A program made the position numbers and the translations under genes. Of a stretch of DNA of 64,000 nucleotides, positions 29,727 to 39,756 are shown piece after piece (positions within the stretch are counted from its first letter, which is position 1; the number at the start of each line of letters is the position of its first letter). The stretch is taken from assembly GCA_963675595.2 (NCBI GenBank), contig CAXXLZ010000002.1:4128001-4192000 (forward strand), written 5' to 3'. This DNA is from Thermodesulfobacteriota bacterium. Lineage in GTDB: Bacteria > Desulfobacterota > Desulfarculia > JACQYL01. The notes under the pieces are model-generated. The model was not told where the DNA came from. It worked only from the letters and a program-made list of their open reading frames with translations, and searched no databases.

Positions 29727-30221
29727 TCAGGGTTGGGTTTCGTCCGGGAGACCGGCGACTTCCACGATCAGTTCGATTTCCACGGGCACGTTTTTGGGCA
29801 GGGCCGCCACGCCCACGGCGGAACGAGCATGCTTGCCGGCGTCGCCGAACACCTCCACCAGCAGGTCGGATGCGCCGTTCAACACCTGGGGCTGTTCGTG
29901 GAACTCCGGGGCGGATTGCACAAACCCCATGACCTTGATCACTCGGCCGACCCGATCCAGGTCCCCCAGGAAACTCCGAAGGGTGCTCAAGAGGAGCAGG
30001 GCCGTGGCACGAGCGGCGCGATAGCCGGCTTCCGTGTCCATGCCCGCTCCGAGAGTTCCGCTCCATTGCGCGGGTTCTCCGGGGAGGTCGAGGCCCACGG
30101 GGATGTGGCCCGAGGTGTACACCAGGTTTCCGGATCGGAGCACGGTTACATAGTTGCCCACGGGGTTCGGCGCGGGCGGCAATACGAGTCCCAAGGACTT
30201 CAAGCGCTTTTCGGCACTCAT
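29727..30221 (-). CDS. RidA/YjgF/UK114 family protein
   Basis: PVGNY, VYTSGH, NGASDLLVEVFG, GKHARSAVG, VEIE. Confidence 0.92.
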   Translation of the reverse strand: MSAEKRLKSLGLVLPPAPNPVGNYVTVLRSGNLVYTSGHIPVGLDLPGEPAQWSGTLGAGMDTEAGYRAARATALLLLSTLRSFLGDLDRVGRVIKVMGFVQSAPEFHEQPQVLNGASDLLVEVFGDAGKHARSAVGVAALPKNVPVEIELIVEVAGLPDETQP

Positions 30222-30396
30222 GACGGTTCCTTTGCGTTCGATGATTCGAGGTTGAGTATTCGCAGTTGAAGGGCAACATAGCACGGCCGGAGGGGACTCT
30301 CCAAGAGGCTTGACGCGGGCTCCGCAGAGAAGGAAGGGCTTGGGGGTGTCGGCCGTCCGGAGGACGGCTCATCCGGGGTCGTACGGGAGGAGGCGA

Positions 30397-30876
30397 ATGC
30401 ATTCGACGGATTCGGGAACCGGTGGAGGGGCAATTTCCCGGCGAACTTGGTTGAGTTTGTGCTGGGCGTTGGGAGGGGCCGTTTTGCTGGTTACGGCACG
30501 CGGAATCCTGTCGGTCTTGTCCTATCGGCCCGAAACGCCGGCTCGGAGATATGAACTGCCCGCGCCGTCGACGGTTCCCCACAAGGGACCGGGTTTCTGG
30601 GTGGACAGGGATCCACGCGGCTGGTTTGCGTTCTCGGACATTTGTCCCCACCTTGGATGCGAGCCCGAATATTCACGGGAGCGTAATGCGTATCTGTGTC
30701 CGTGCCATGGGAGTCGGTTCGGCGAGGGCGGCAGGTTCCTTTCCGGACCGGCGGGCAAAGACCTGCCCCGTGTGCGTATCAGCCGTACGGACACGGGACT
30801 TCTGTTGGTGGAGCCGGGTGAGACCGTGAGCGCCGACTACCGCTTACCGGTGAAAACGGAGGAAGAGGCTTCATAG
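30397..30876 (+). CDS. Rieske [2Fe-2S] protein (bc/b6f type)
   Basis: Tat-like SRRTWL plus TM segment; CPHLGC and CPCHGS boxes; GPA. Confidence 0.92.
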   Translation: MHSTDSGTGGGAISRRTWLSLCWALGGAVLLVTARGILSVLSYRPETPARRYELPAPSTVPHKGPGFWVDRDPRGWFAFSDICPHLGCEPEYSRERNAYLCPCHGSRFGEGGRFLSGPAGKDLPRVRISRTDTGLLLVEPGETVSADYRLPVKTEEEAS

Positions 30877-31176
30877 GGTATGTGAAGGATTTCCTGAGAG
30901 TCCCTGCGAGGAAATCCGACGCGAGAGGGAGGGAGGCTCCGAAGGCCATATGTGAATTGCGTAACGAACGTGGGGCGCGGTTCTTCTGAACGCGGATGGT
31001 TTGTGCGGGTTCGATCCGGTTAATTTGTTGGGTTCAAAGGCAGGTTTTTGGCGAAACCGGGAGGCGAAAGGCGCGCGGGAGTGAAGAGAGAATGGGTCGA
31101 GAGCATGTGATGGAAAGTACAAACCCGCTCTTGAAGCCCTTTTTTTCTTGACAAGAAGCCCCCGTATCGTTAAATC

Positions 31177-31437
31177 GTGCACTTGATCGTCCACCCGTCC
31201 AGGCCCCGGTCAAGGGCAAATCCCTGTGTTTGGAGCCGGGCGGGCCGTTTCCATTTTTTGACGACGTTCCTCGGCAAAGGCGAACTGGAATCCCTCGTAT
31301 TTTGCGTGATCGCAAACCACGGAAAGCGCCTCCGGGATTCCACGGCGGTTGGAGAACGGGGACGCCCCGAACGACTTCATGGCGGCCTGCCGAGAGGGGC
31401 GGGAAGCCTGCACGCCAGCTATGCCTGTCATAAGTAA
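31177..31437 (+). pseudogene. Probable degenerate qrcA remnant
   Basis: Ends HASYACHK* 16 bp before qrcB; QrcA proteins typically end CxxCHK; no intact CxxCH present. Confidence 0.45.
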
Positions 31438-31453
31438 TTGAGGGGTAGGTTCT

Positions 31454-33844
31454 ATGAATCTGGATCGAAGAGGATTTATCAAATTTCTGGTCGGGGGTGC
31501 GGTAGGTGTCGTCTTTTCGCCTGTTCCCTGGAAGCTGATGGACGACGTAGCCATCTGGACCCAGAACTGGCCGTGGGTGCCCAATCCTCCCAAGGGGGAG
31601 AATTCCTTTCGGAATACCGTCTCACCCTTTGGATATCGGGGATCGGGACTTTCGGTTCGACTCGTCGACGAAAAGCGAGCCATCACCCTTAAGGGAGCCG
31701 AAGGCAACCCGCTGAATCGCGGCGGCCTCGGTCCCGTCGACGTGTCCGCCCTCCAGTACCACTATCACAAATCGATTCGCGTCAAAGGTCCCATGTTGTT
31801 GAAAAACGGCAAGCATGAGGCCGTTTCCTGGGACGAGGCCATGAACCTCCTGGCCTCCAAGCTGAAGGAGCTGCGAGACCAAGGGGCCGGCGAAAAGGTC
31901 GCCATGATCAACGGCGCCCAACCCGGAACCATGACGGACTTGATGAAGCGGTTCATGACCGCCTACGGATCTCCCAATTACCTGTCCATGCCATGTGCCT
32001 ACGACACGGAAGAACTCATCGTCCGGAACATGTTCGGGGCCGACGGCACCCTGGGTTACGATCTCGAAAACGCCGATTACGTCATCAGTTTCGGCTGCGG
32101 CCTCCTGGAAGGATGGGGCTCCCACCGAAGTCTGCTCGCTTACAAGAAGTGGTACGAAGAGTCGGATCCTTATCCCACGGTGATTGTACAGGTCGACACC
32201 AATGCCTCCACCACTTCTTCTCACGCCCGGCGCTGGGTGGCGGTTGCTCCCGGAACGGAAGGCGCCTTGGCTTTGGGATTGGCTCACGTAATCGTCAAGG
32301 AAGAGCTTTATAATAAGTCTTTCGTTTCCAGTCGGACCTTCGGCTTCGACGACGGAAGGGATGCACAAGGTCGTTCCTTCAAGGGATTTCGCGACGTCGT
32401 GCTCCATGATTACACCCCGGAAGCGGTTTCTCATATTACAGGGGTCCCGGCCATGCAGATCGTCGACTTGGCACGGGAATTCGCCCTGGCCAAAAAACCC
32501 CTGGCGCTCGCCGGCAAAGGCAAAGGAAACATGCCCGGCATGCTCGGGGAGTTCATGGCGATCCACAGCCTGAATGCTCTGGTGGGATCCGTGAACCGGA
32601 GTGGAGGGTTGGGACCGGTTCCCGCTCCTCCGCTGACGGCATGGCCCGGCGTGGCTTTGGACGGCGCCGCCGAACGAGCTCTGAACAAGGAACGGATTGA
32701 CGGGGCGGGAACCCGTTATCCCCTGGCGACGAGCCTATTGAACCGGTTCTCGGAAGTAGTGGCCGAGGAGGAGACTTCTCCCGTCGAATTGCTGATGGTC
32801 TACCGGGCCAATCCCGCATATTTCGCGCCCAGCGGCAAGGCCTTCAAAGAGGCGATGAGGAAGATTCCTTTTGTCGTGTCCTTTTCGTCCTATTGGGACG
32901 AAACCACCGAATTGGCCCATTTGGTTCTCCCGGAACACTCCTTTATGGAGCGATGGGAAGACGGCACGACGCCCGCGGGGGTGCCTTTCCCGGTCTATGT
33001 TTTGGGTAATCCGGTTTTCGCCCCCATGTTCGACACAAAACAAACGGGGGACGTCATTCTCCAAACCGCGAAGACGCTCGGAGGATCGGTCGCTTCATCC
33101 TTCAAGTGGGACGATTACGAGTCCCTGCTCAAATTTCGCGTCCGGGGAATCTATGAGAAGCAAAAAGGTTTGATCGGCGAGCCCGGAGCCCTCGAAGGGG
33201 GCAAAGGAAAAGGATTCGCCGGCCCGGACAAATTGTGGGAGGAACTGACGGCCTACGGTTGTTGGTTCGATCCCGAGGACGCAGTGGGATCCGGTTCGAC
33301 GGACAAGTTCCGGTTCTACGCCGCCGGTCTTCGTACCCGTCTGGACCAAGCCGGCCGCCATGAAGAGGGCCAAGACTCTCATGGAAAGAACGAGCCCGTG
33401 TATGTAGCCCAATTCAATGAGGTTCACATTCCCGGAGATCCGGAAATTTATCCGCTGCTTCTCATGCCGGAGGACTTGGCGTACGTTTACGAAGGAGAAG
33501 TCCCGAGTGCTCCTTATTTGACCAAAGTCTGGCCGAATACCCTACTCAAGGGCAAGTATTCGGTGGTTCAGATCAATCCGGCGACGGCGGAGGACCTGCA
33601 TTTGCGGGAAGGGGACCTCGTCCTCATGGAGTCCGACCGTGGAGGAGCGGAAGTTCTGGTTCACCTGTTCCACGGAGTGCGTCCCGGAGTCGTGGCCATG
33701 GCCGAAGGCTTTGGGCATACGGCGTTCGACGGCTACATCAAGGACAAGGGTTCCAACACGCGGGACCTGACCGTTGTCAACGCCGATCCCCTGAGTGGAC
33801 TACCACAGTGGTGGGGCACCCGGGTGAACTTGACCAAGGCGTGA
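31454..33844 (+). CDS. qrcB: Quinone reductase complex, molybdopterin-oxidoreductase-like subunit
   Basis: Tat signal DRRGFIK; SPVPWKLMDDVAIWTQNWPW; molybdopterin-oxidoreductase fold motifs without N-terminal Fe-S cysteines. Confidence 0.9.
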   Translation: MNLDRRGFIKFLVGGAVGVVFSPVPWKLMDDVAIWTQNWPWVPNPPKGENSFRNTVSPFGYRGSGLSVRLVDEKRAITLKGAEGNPLNRGGLGPVDVSALQYHYHKSIRVKGPMLLKNGKHEAVSWDEAMNLLASKLKELRDQGAGEKVAMINGAQPGTMTDLMKRFMTAYGSPNYLSMPCAYDTEELIVRNMFGADGTLGYDLENADYVISFGCGLLEGWGSHRSLLAYKKWYEESDPYPTVIVQVDTNASTTSSHARRWVAVAPGTEGALALGLAHVIVKEELYNKSFVSSRTFGFDDGRDAQGRSFKGFRDVVLHDYTPEAVSHITGVPAMQIVDLAREFALAKKPLALAGKGKGNMPGMLGEFMAIHSLNALVGSVNRSGGLGPVPAPPLTAWPGVALDGAAERALNKERIDGAGTRYPLATSLLNRFSEVVAEEETSPVELLMVYRANPAYFAPSGKAFKEAMRKIPFVVSFSSYWDETTELAHLVLPEHSFMERWEDGTTPAGVPFPVYVLGNPVFAPMFDTKQTGDVILQTAKTLGGSVASSFKWDDYESLLKFRVRGIYEKQKGLIGEPGALEGGKGKGFAGPDKLWEELTAYGCWFDPEDAVGSGSTDKFRFYAAGLRTRLDQAGRHEEGQDSHGKNEPVYVAQFNEVHIPGDPEIYPLLLMPEDLAYVYEGEVPSAPYLTKVWPNTLLKGKYSVVQINPATAEDLHLREGDLVLMESDRGGAEVLVHLFHGVRPGVVAMAEGFGHTAFDGYIKDKGSNTRDLTVVNADPLSGLPQWWGTRVNLTKA

Positions 33845-33861
33845 TGCCTACGAGGTAAGGG

Positions 33862-34671
33862 ATGAATACAGCTCACGGAAAAGGCGGCATCAAGTACGGC
33901 ATGGTGATCGACCTGGACAAATGTATCGGTTGCGGCGCTTGCGTCACGGCGTGCGTGGCGGAAAACAACAACACGATTCTCCAGGACGAAAGCAATAAGC
34001 TCAAGAGCATCACCTGGTTGCGACTCTATAAATTTGATAACGGCAAGCCCTACCCGGAAACGGAAATCTGCTACCTGCCCAGGCCGTGTATGCATTGCGA
34101 TCACCACACGCCGTGTGTCTCCGTGTGCCCGGCCACTGCTACGGATTACAATCCGGAAGACGGCATCGTAAGCCAGATTTACACTCGCTGTATCGGCTGC
34201 CGGTACTGCGTGGCGGCGTGTCCCTACCATGCGCGTTATTTCAACTGGTTCGACGCCGTGTGGCCGGAGGGCACCGAGGAATGCCTCAACCCGGAGGTTT
34301 CCCCCAGGATGAGGGGTTGTGCCGAGAAATGCACCTTCTGCCATCATCGGCTCATGGCGGCCAAGAACAAGGCCTACGTCGAGGGAAGAAGGGAAATCAA
34401 GGAAGAAGAATACCAGCCGGCTTGCGTGGAAGTATGCCCCACTCGGGCGATCACATTCGGCAATCTGAACAATCCGGAACACAAAGTGGCTCATTTAAAA
34501 GAGAGCCCGTATGCGTTCCGTTTGCTGGAACGTCTGGGCACGCAACCCAAGGTTTATTACATGACCCAACGAGAGTGGGTCTACCGGAAGTCCGACAACT
34601 GGCTGGATTCCGAATGGCCGAGACTTGGTGAGGGGAAGAAGGAAGCCGCCAAGTCCGGCGGGTCTCATTGA
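33862..34671 (+). CDS. qrcC: Quinone reductase complex Fe-S subunit
   Basis: YGMVIDLDKCIGCGAC, PCMHC..PCVSVCP, CIGCRYCVAACP, KCTFC..PACVEVCP. Confidence 0.92.
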   Translation: MNTAHGKGGIKYGMVIDLDKCIGCGACVTACVAENNNTILQDESNKLKSITWLRLYKFDNGKPYPETEICYLPRPCMHCDHHTPCVSVCPATATDYNPEDGIVSQIYTRCIGCRYCVAACPYHARYFNWFDAVWPEGTEECLNPEVSPRMRGCAEKCTFCHHRLMAAKNKAYVEGRREIKEEEYQPACVEVCPTRAITFGNLNNPEHKVAHLKESPYAFRLLERLGTQPKVYYMTQREWVYRKSDNWLDSEWPRLGEGKKEAAKSGGSH

Positions 34672-34721
34672 TCGGAGACGATGCGGTTCCCTGCGACCGT
34701 ACAGCATAGAAGGGGAAGGTT

Positions 34722-35966
34722 ATGAGCACTCTGGATGCACCGCTTTTGCCTGAAGGCCGCAAGAGATGCAGTTTTTGGGCGTTCGGATTCTGGATGAGCG
34801 TCTGGTCCCTCATCATCGTCTGGGGGCTTATCGGCGCGTATTTCGTTCTGCGGTACGGTTTGAACCAAACCAACATGGACGATTATTTCGCCTTTGGAGT
34901 CTGGATCGTGGTGGACTTGGCGGTGATCGCTCTGGGGGCCGGGGCTTTCTTCACCGGGTTCCTGACCTATATCATAGGGAAGAAGGAACTAAAGGACATC
35001 ATCAACGCGGCGGTGATCATCGGATTCATCTGCTACAGCGGCGCGATCCTGATGCTTTCCGTGGACATCGGGCAACCGATTCGCGGGTGGTTCGGATTCT
35101 GGCACGCCAACGTCCACTCCATGCTGACGGAGGTGATGTTTTGCATCACCACCTACCTGTCGGTTCTCACGATCGAATTTCTCCCGTTGATTTTCGAAAA
35201 CCGCAAATTGGACGAAGTACCGTTTCTTCACCACTTCGCCCACAACCTGCATGAAATCATGTTTATTTTCGCGGGCGTGGGTACTTTTCTTTCTTTCTTC
35301 CATCAAGGCAGTCTGGGCGGCATGTACGGGGTGCTCTATGCTCGGCCCTTCGCTTTTCGCACGGGGTTCCTGATCTGGCCGTGGACCTTTTTCCTGTTCG
35401 TTTTGTCCGCCGCCGCCACGGGTCCTTGCTTTACCATGCTCGTGGTATGGATCACCCAGAAGGTTTCGGGCAAAAAGCTGGTGCCCCCGAACGTGTTCAA
35501 CCTGCTGGGCAAGATTTCCGGTTCCCTCCTGGCGATCTATATGGTCCTCAAAATTGCGGATACGCTTTATTGGGCCCTGGTCACATCGCCTAAGATGGGG
35601 CTGACCTTCTGGGAGTATTACCGGGAAGGACCTTACGGATTCTGGATGGTCATTGCGGAGTTGGGTATCGGTGGCGTTCTACCGGCCATCATTCTCCTGA
35701 TCCCCAAGGCACGGCAAAGTGAGTTCTGGCTGATTTCGGCTTCCATTCTGGCGAGTTTCGGGGTCACCATGAATCGATTCGTGTTCGTTGTCGTCAGCCT
35801 CGCGATACCGGTATTACCTTTCGAGCCCTTTGCGTCCTACCTTCCCACTTGGCAGGAATGGGCCATTTCCGCGGCAATTCTTGGATATGGGGGCATCATT
35901 TACAGCTTGGCCTACCGATATCTGCCGGTGTTTCCGAAAGAGGTGCAATTGTACGCGGAGAAATAG
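34722..35966 (+). CDS. qrcD: Quinone reductase complex NrfD-family membrane subunit
   Basis: GLNQTNM, DLAVIALGAGAF, DIGQP, SMLTEV, SFFHQGSLGG; about 10 TM segments. Confidence 0.92.
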   Translation: MSTLDAPLLPEGRKRCSFWAFGFWMSVWSLIIVWGLIGAYFVLRYGLNQTNMDDYFAFGVWIVVDLAVIALGAGAFFTGFLTYIIGKKELKDIINAAVIIGFICYSGAILMLSVDIGQPIRGWFGFWHANVHSMLTEVMFCITTYLSVLTIEFLPLIFENRKLDEVPFLHHFAHNLHEIMFIFAGVGTFLSFFHQGSLGGMYGVLYARPFAFRTGFLIWPWTFFLFVLSAAATGPCFTMLVVWITQKVSGKKLVPPNVFNLLGKISGSLLAIYMVLKIADTLYWALVTSPKMGLTFWEYYREGPYGFWMVIAELGIGGVLPAIILLIPKARQSEFWLISASILASFGVTMNRFVFVVVSLAIPVLPFEPFASYLPTWQEWAISAAILGYGGIIYSLAYRYLPVFPKEVQLYAEK

Positions 35967-36009
35967 TTGCTTGATGAAGCAGGCCGGTCGTCCAGCGGCC
36001 TGCCCAAAG

Positions 36010-36052
36010 AAAAACCCGGCACCTTTAAGGGGAGCCGGGTTTTTTGTTTTTT
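36010..36052. terminator. Bidirectional Rho-independent terminator
   Basis: aaaaacccggc...gccgggtttttt. Confidence 0.75.
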
Positions 36053-36089
36053 ATGCGGGTCGCTCGATTAGGAACGACGGTGCATGCTT

Positions 36090-36272
36090 CTAGTGATGAT
36101 CGTTATGATGGTCATTCCCGGAATGATGGGCGTCGGGATCGTTCAGCTTCTTAAGGGTCATAAATACGCCGATCAACAGGCTGCAACCGATCACGGTGAG
36201 GGCGGTATAAAACAGCCCGAAAAAGATGATGTGGCCCAGGTCCCAGTGCCACTCGAAACTGAAAGGAAACAT
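36090..36272 (-). CDS. Small membrane protein with a His-rich tail
   Basis: GGAGG RBS; MFPFSFEWHWDLGHIIFFGLFY...HHSGNDHHNDHH. Confidence 0.7.
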   Translation of the reverse strand: MFPFSFEWHWDLGHIIFFGLFYTALTVIGCSLLIGVFMTLKKLNDPDAHHSGNDHHNDHH

Positions 36273-36488
36273 CGCGGCCTCCAAAAGTGAAAATAGTTAC
36301 ATGCATTATTTTTCAAGACGTGCCGGGTGTCAAGGAAAAAGGAAAGTCCGGACGGATCCGCAACCCCTTTACCTGTTCTTGCTTTTGTGTCTAGTATACG
36401 CACTTACCCGTGATGAATCGGCCCGGAACGGCCGGGTGGACGAAGCGGAGACCGTTAAGGCGAGTACCGCCACGAGGAGGTTTCTTTT

Positions 36489-37499
36489 ATGACAAGGACG
36501 AAGTTGGGAGCATGGCTGGTTGGACTCTTCCTGGTGATGTTTTTTTCCGTGTCCTATGCCTTTGCCGGTCCTAAGATCGAGGTGAAGACGGATGCGCACG
36601 ACTTCGGAGAAGCTTGGGAAGGTGAGACGCTGAACAATGCATTCGAGGTGAAGAACATCGGTGACGAAGATCTGGTGATCGAAACCGTAAAGACTTCGTG
36701 CGGATGCACGGCGGTCAAGTTCGACAACAGGATCGCGCCCGGAAAGACGGGTTTTGTGACGCTCTCATTGAGAACTCAAGGATTGCACGGCGCCTTCCAT
36801 AAAACGGGAACCATTCATTCCAACGACCCCGCATCGCCCCGGGTGGTATTGAAGCTTACGGGCAGTGTCAAAAACTATATCGAAGTTACCCCTCGACCGT
36901 TTCTGCAACTGGTTTCTTCGGAGGGTGAAACCGATACGAAGACCTTGGTGCTGAAATCCACCATGCAGCCCGAATTCGAGCTGAGTGATCTTACGGTTGA
37001 TCCCGTATTCGAAGGAAAGTTGAAGACCAACCTGACCCGCGTGGACAAGCAGTCTTATCAACTCGAGGTGACCAGTCTGTTCAAGGAGATTGGAAGCAGA
37101 CAGGGTCGAATCCGAATCAAGACCAACGTGGAGAAGAAGCCCGAGCTGGAAATCCGGGTCATGGCCATGGTGCTCGGTCCCATCCAGGTGGCTCCCGGGA
37201 GACTTCATTTCGGCCGAATCGAAAACGTTTTCCAGGCGGAAAAAACCCGTAGGACGGTTTGGTTGCGTAAGCTTCAAGGCAATGATTTCAAAATCACGAG
37301 CCTGGATTATGACCATGATTTATTGAATATCGACGTCCAAACGCGACGGCCCGGCAAGGACTATCTGCTCATGGTTTCTCTGAAAGGGGAGAATCTCAAG
37401 AAGGGCACGTTGGAGACGGAAATCGTCGTCCACACGGATCATGAAAAGGCCAAGACGCTGAAGATTCCCGTTATTGCGGATGTGACCGTGGGCAAGTGA
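36489..37499 (+). CDS. DUF1573 (Ig-like) exported protein
   Basis: Signal peptide; HDFG, FEVKNIGDEDLVI, TSCGCT, IAPGKTG, SNDP. Confidence 0.85.
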   Translation: MTRTKLGAWLVGLFLVMFFSVSYAFAGPKIEVKTDAHDFGEAWEGETLNNAFEVKNIGDEDLVIETVKTSCGCTAVKFDNRIAPGKTGFVTLSLRTQGLHGAFHKTGTIHSNDPASPRVVLKLTGSVKNYIEVTPRPFLQLVSSEGETDTKTLVLKSTMQPEFELSDLTVDPVFEGKLKTNLTRVDKQSYQLEVTSLFKEIGSRQGRIRIKTNVEKKPELEIRVMAMVLGPIQVAPGRLHFGRIENVFQAEKTRRTVWLRKLQGNDFKITSLDYDHDLLNIDVQTRRPGKDYLLMVSLKGENLKKGTLETEIVVHTDHEKAKTLKIPVIADVTVGK

Positions 37500-37608
37500 T
37501 TTTCGGGCGTCGAAATCTCGACTAGAGCAATCGGTTTGTGCGCTCGAATCGGGACGACTTGTATGGGGGCCTACCGGGCCCCCAAATCATGATACGAGAC
37601 GGCATTCT

Positions 37609-38613
37609 TTGACGAGAGCATTGATCACAGGGGTTTCCGGTCAGGACGGGTCCTACCTCGCGGAACTGCTTCTGGAGCGTGGCACCGAGGTTCACGGAAT
37701 CGTTCGCCCCGGGGCCTTGGACGATCCTCCAAGAAAGATTCCCCGAATCCTTCACCTTCTCGACCGTCTTCATCTACACGAAACGCTGATTGAAGACGCC
37801 GACGGCGTCCAGCGCGTCATGGAGATTGTCCGTGCCGCGGAGTGTTATCATCTGGCGGGATGCTCATACGTGGGTGATACTGTTGAAGATGAGTATGCGG
37901 CTGTTCGTGTGAACACGTGGGGTACTTACAACGTGCTCTCTGCTTTGTTTCGAGTGAATATCGAGGCACGTTTTTTCTTTGCCGGCTCGAGCGAGATGTA
38001 TGGAGATGCTCTACGGACGCCTCAAACCGAGGACACACCGCCCAATCCCAGGTCCCCGTATGGGATTTCGAAGACCTCGGGATATTTTTTCACCAAGTAT
38101 TACCGGGAGAAACGAGGCTTGCACGCAAGCACCGGGATTCTTTACAATCATGAGTCTCCGCGGCGAGGCTTGAATTTCGTGACCCGGAAAATCACTTCCC
38201 ATGCCGCTCAGATCAAGCTGGGACTGAAGGATCGTCTGGTGCTTGGGAATCCCGACGCAAGGCGGGATTGGGGACACAGCCGGGAGTATGTTCGAGCGAT
38301 GGCGTTGATGTCCGCTCATGATTTCCCGGACGACTATATCATTGCCACGGGCGAGTCTCACTCGGTGAGGGAGTGCCTCGAAATCGCCTTCGATCATTGC
38401 GGCCTGGACCCCTATCGATACCTTGAAGTCGACAAAAGCTTCGAACGCTTTGATGACTCCGCGCCTCTGGTGGGACGGCCTGAAAAGATCCAGAGGCGAC
38501 TCGGTTGGTCCAACCGCGTTTCCTTCGAATCCATGATTCGAGAAATGGTGACGCACGACTTAGAAACTTACGCCTCCGCTGAGACGGAGGGGGAACGACG
38601 GATGGATCCATGA
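37609..38613 (+). CDS. gmd: GDP-mannose 4,6-dehydratase-like protein (paralog 1)
   Basis: [35 protein letters not shown]. Confidence 0.85.
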   Translation: MTRALITGVSGQDGSYLAELLLERGTEVHGIVRPGALDDPPRKIPRILHLLDRLHLHETLIEDADGVQRVMEIVRAAECYHLAGCSYVGDTVEDEYAAVRVNTWGTYNVLSALFRVNIEARFFFAGSSEMYGDALRTPQTEDTPPNPRSPYGISKTSGYFFTKYYREKRGLHASTGILYNHESPRRGLNFVTRKITSHAAQIKLGLKDRLVLGNPDARRDWGHSREYVRAMALMSAHDFPDDYIIATGESHSVRECLEIAFDHCGLDPYRYLEVDKSFERFDDSAPLVGRPEKIQRRLGWSNRVSFESMIREMVTHDLETYASAETEGERRMDP

Positions 38614-39749
38614 GCCGAACTGCGCTGATTACAGGGGTGACGGGACAAGACGGCGCCTACCTGGCCGAATTTCTCTTGAGCAAGGGATACATGGTACATG
38701 GAATGCGCAGGCGTTCCTCCCAGTTCAACACGGATCGCATTGATCACTTGGTGCGTGACCCTCACGAATCCGATGTACGCTTCTTCCTTCATTACGGTGA
38801 TCTGACGGATTCCCTAAGCTTGATTCGGCTCATCGAGAGACTGCGGCCCGATGAGGTATACAATCTTGGGGCCCAGAGTCATGTGGCCGTGAGTTTCGAA
38901 TCTCCTGAATACACCGCCAACGCCGACGCCTTGGGGGCTCTGAGAATTCTGGAGGCGATCCGTTCGGCGGGTTTAAAGGACAAGACACGTTTTTACCAAG
39001 CCTCCACGAGCGAATTGTTCGGAAAGGGAAAAACGCAACCTCAGAACGAGGAGACTCCCTTCTACCCGGGGAGCCCTTACGGCGTGGCCAAACTGTATGC
39101 ATACTGGATCACGGTGAACTACAGGGAGGCCTACGGCATGTTCGCCTGCAACGGCATTCTTTTTAATCACGAGTCGCCCGTCCGGGGGGAGACCTTTGTA
39201 ACCAGAAAGATCACCCGAGGGTTGGCGCGCGTTGTTCTCGGACTCGATCGTCGAATCTATCTGGGCAATCTGGAAGCCAAACGGGACTGGGGCCATGCGA
39301 GGGATTACGTAGAGGCCCAATGGCTGATACTTCAGCAGGAAACTCCCGAAGATTTCGTTATCGCAACCGGGGAGCAGCATACGGTCCGGGAATTCTGCGA
39401 AGCGGCCTGTGAGGAACTGGGTATCCTCATCGAATGGCGGGGCAAAGATGAAGGCGAATCCGGAGTGATCTCGCGTCTGGACCGACAACTCGTGAGAGAA
39501 CGTTTAGGCATGGATCCCGCGGTGGAGGAGGGCTACACGCTTTTTCGCGTGGACCCTCGCTATTTTCGGCCCAGCGAGGTGGAATCCCTGATCGGAGACT
39601 TCACCAAGGCGCGCGCCAAACTGGGTTGGAGTCCCAAGACGACTTGGCGGGAACTGGTTTCGGAGATGGTGACCCGAGACGTGGAACTGGCTTCCATGGA
39701 CATTCTTTGCAGGTCCGGTGCGTTGCTTTCTTCCGGGCGTTCGGATTAG
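38610..39749 (+). CDS. gmd: GDP-mannose 4,6-dehydratase (paralog 2)
   Basis: [44 protein letters not shown]. Confidence 0.95.
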   Translation: MSRTALITGVTGQDGAYLAEFLLSKGYMVHGMRRRSSQFNTDRIDHLVRDPHESDVRFFLHYGDLTDSLSLIRLIERLRPDEVYNLGAQSHVAVSFESPEYTANADALGALRILEAIRSAGLKDKTRFYQASTSELFGKGKTQPQNEETPFYPGSPYGVAKLYAYWITVNYREAYGMFACNGILFNHESPVRGETFVTRKITRGLARVVLGLDRRIYLGNLEAKRDWGHARDYVEAQWLILQQETPEDFVIATGEQHTVREFCEAACEELGILIEWRGKDEGESGVISRLDRQLVRERLGMDPAVEEGYTLFRVDPRYFRPSEVESLIGDFTKARAKLGWSPKTTWRELVSEMVTRDVELASMDILCRSGALLSSGRSD

Positions 39750-39756
39750 GGGCGCC

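Noticed and set aside
36690-36715. Selenoprotein form of the DUF1573 SCGC motif
   Set aside because: Both codons are TGC
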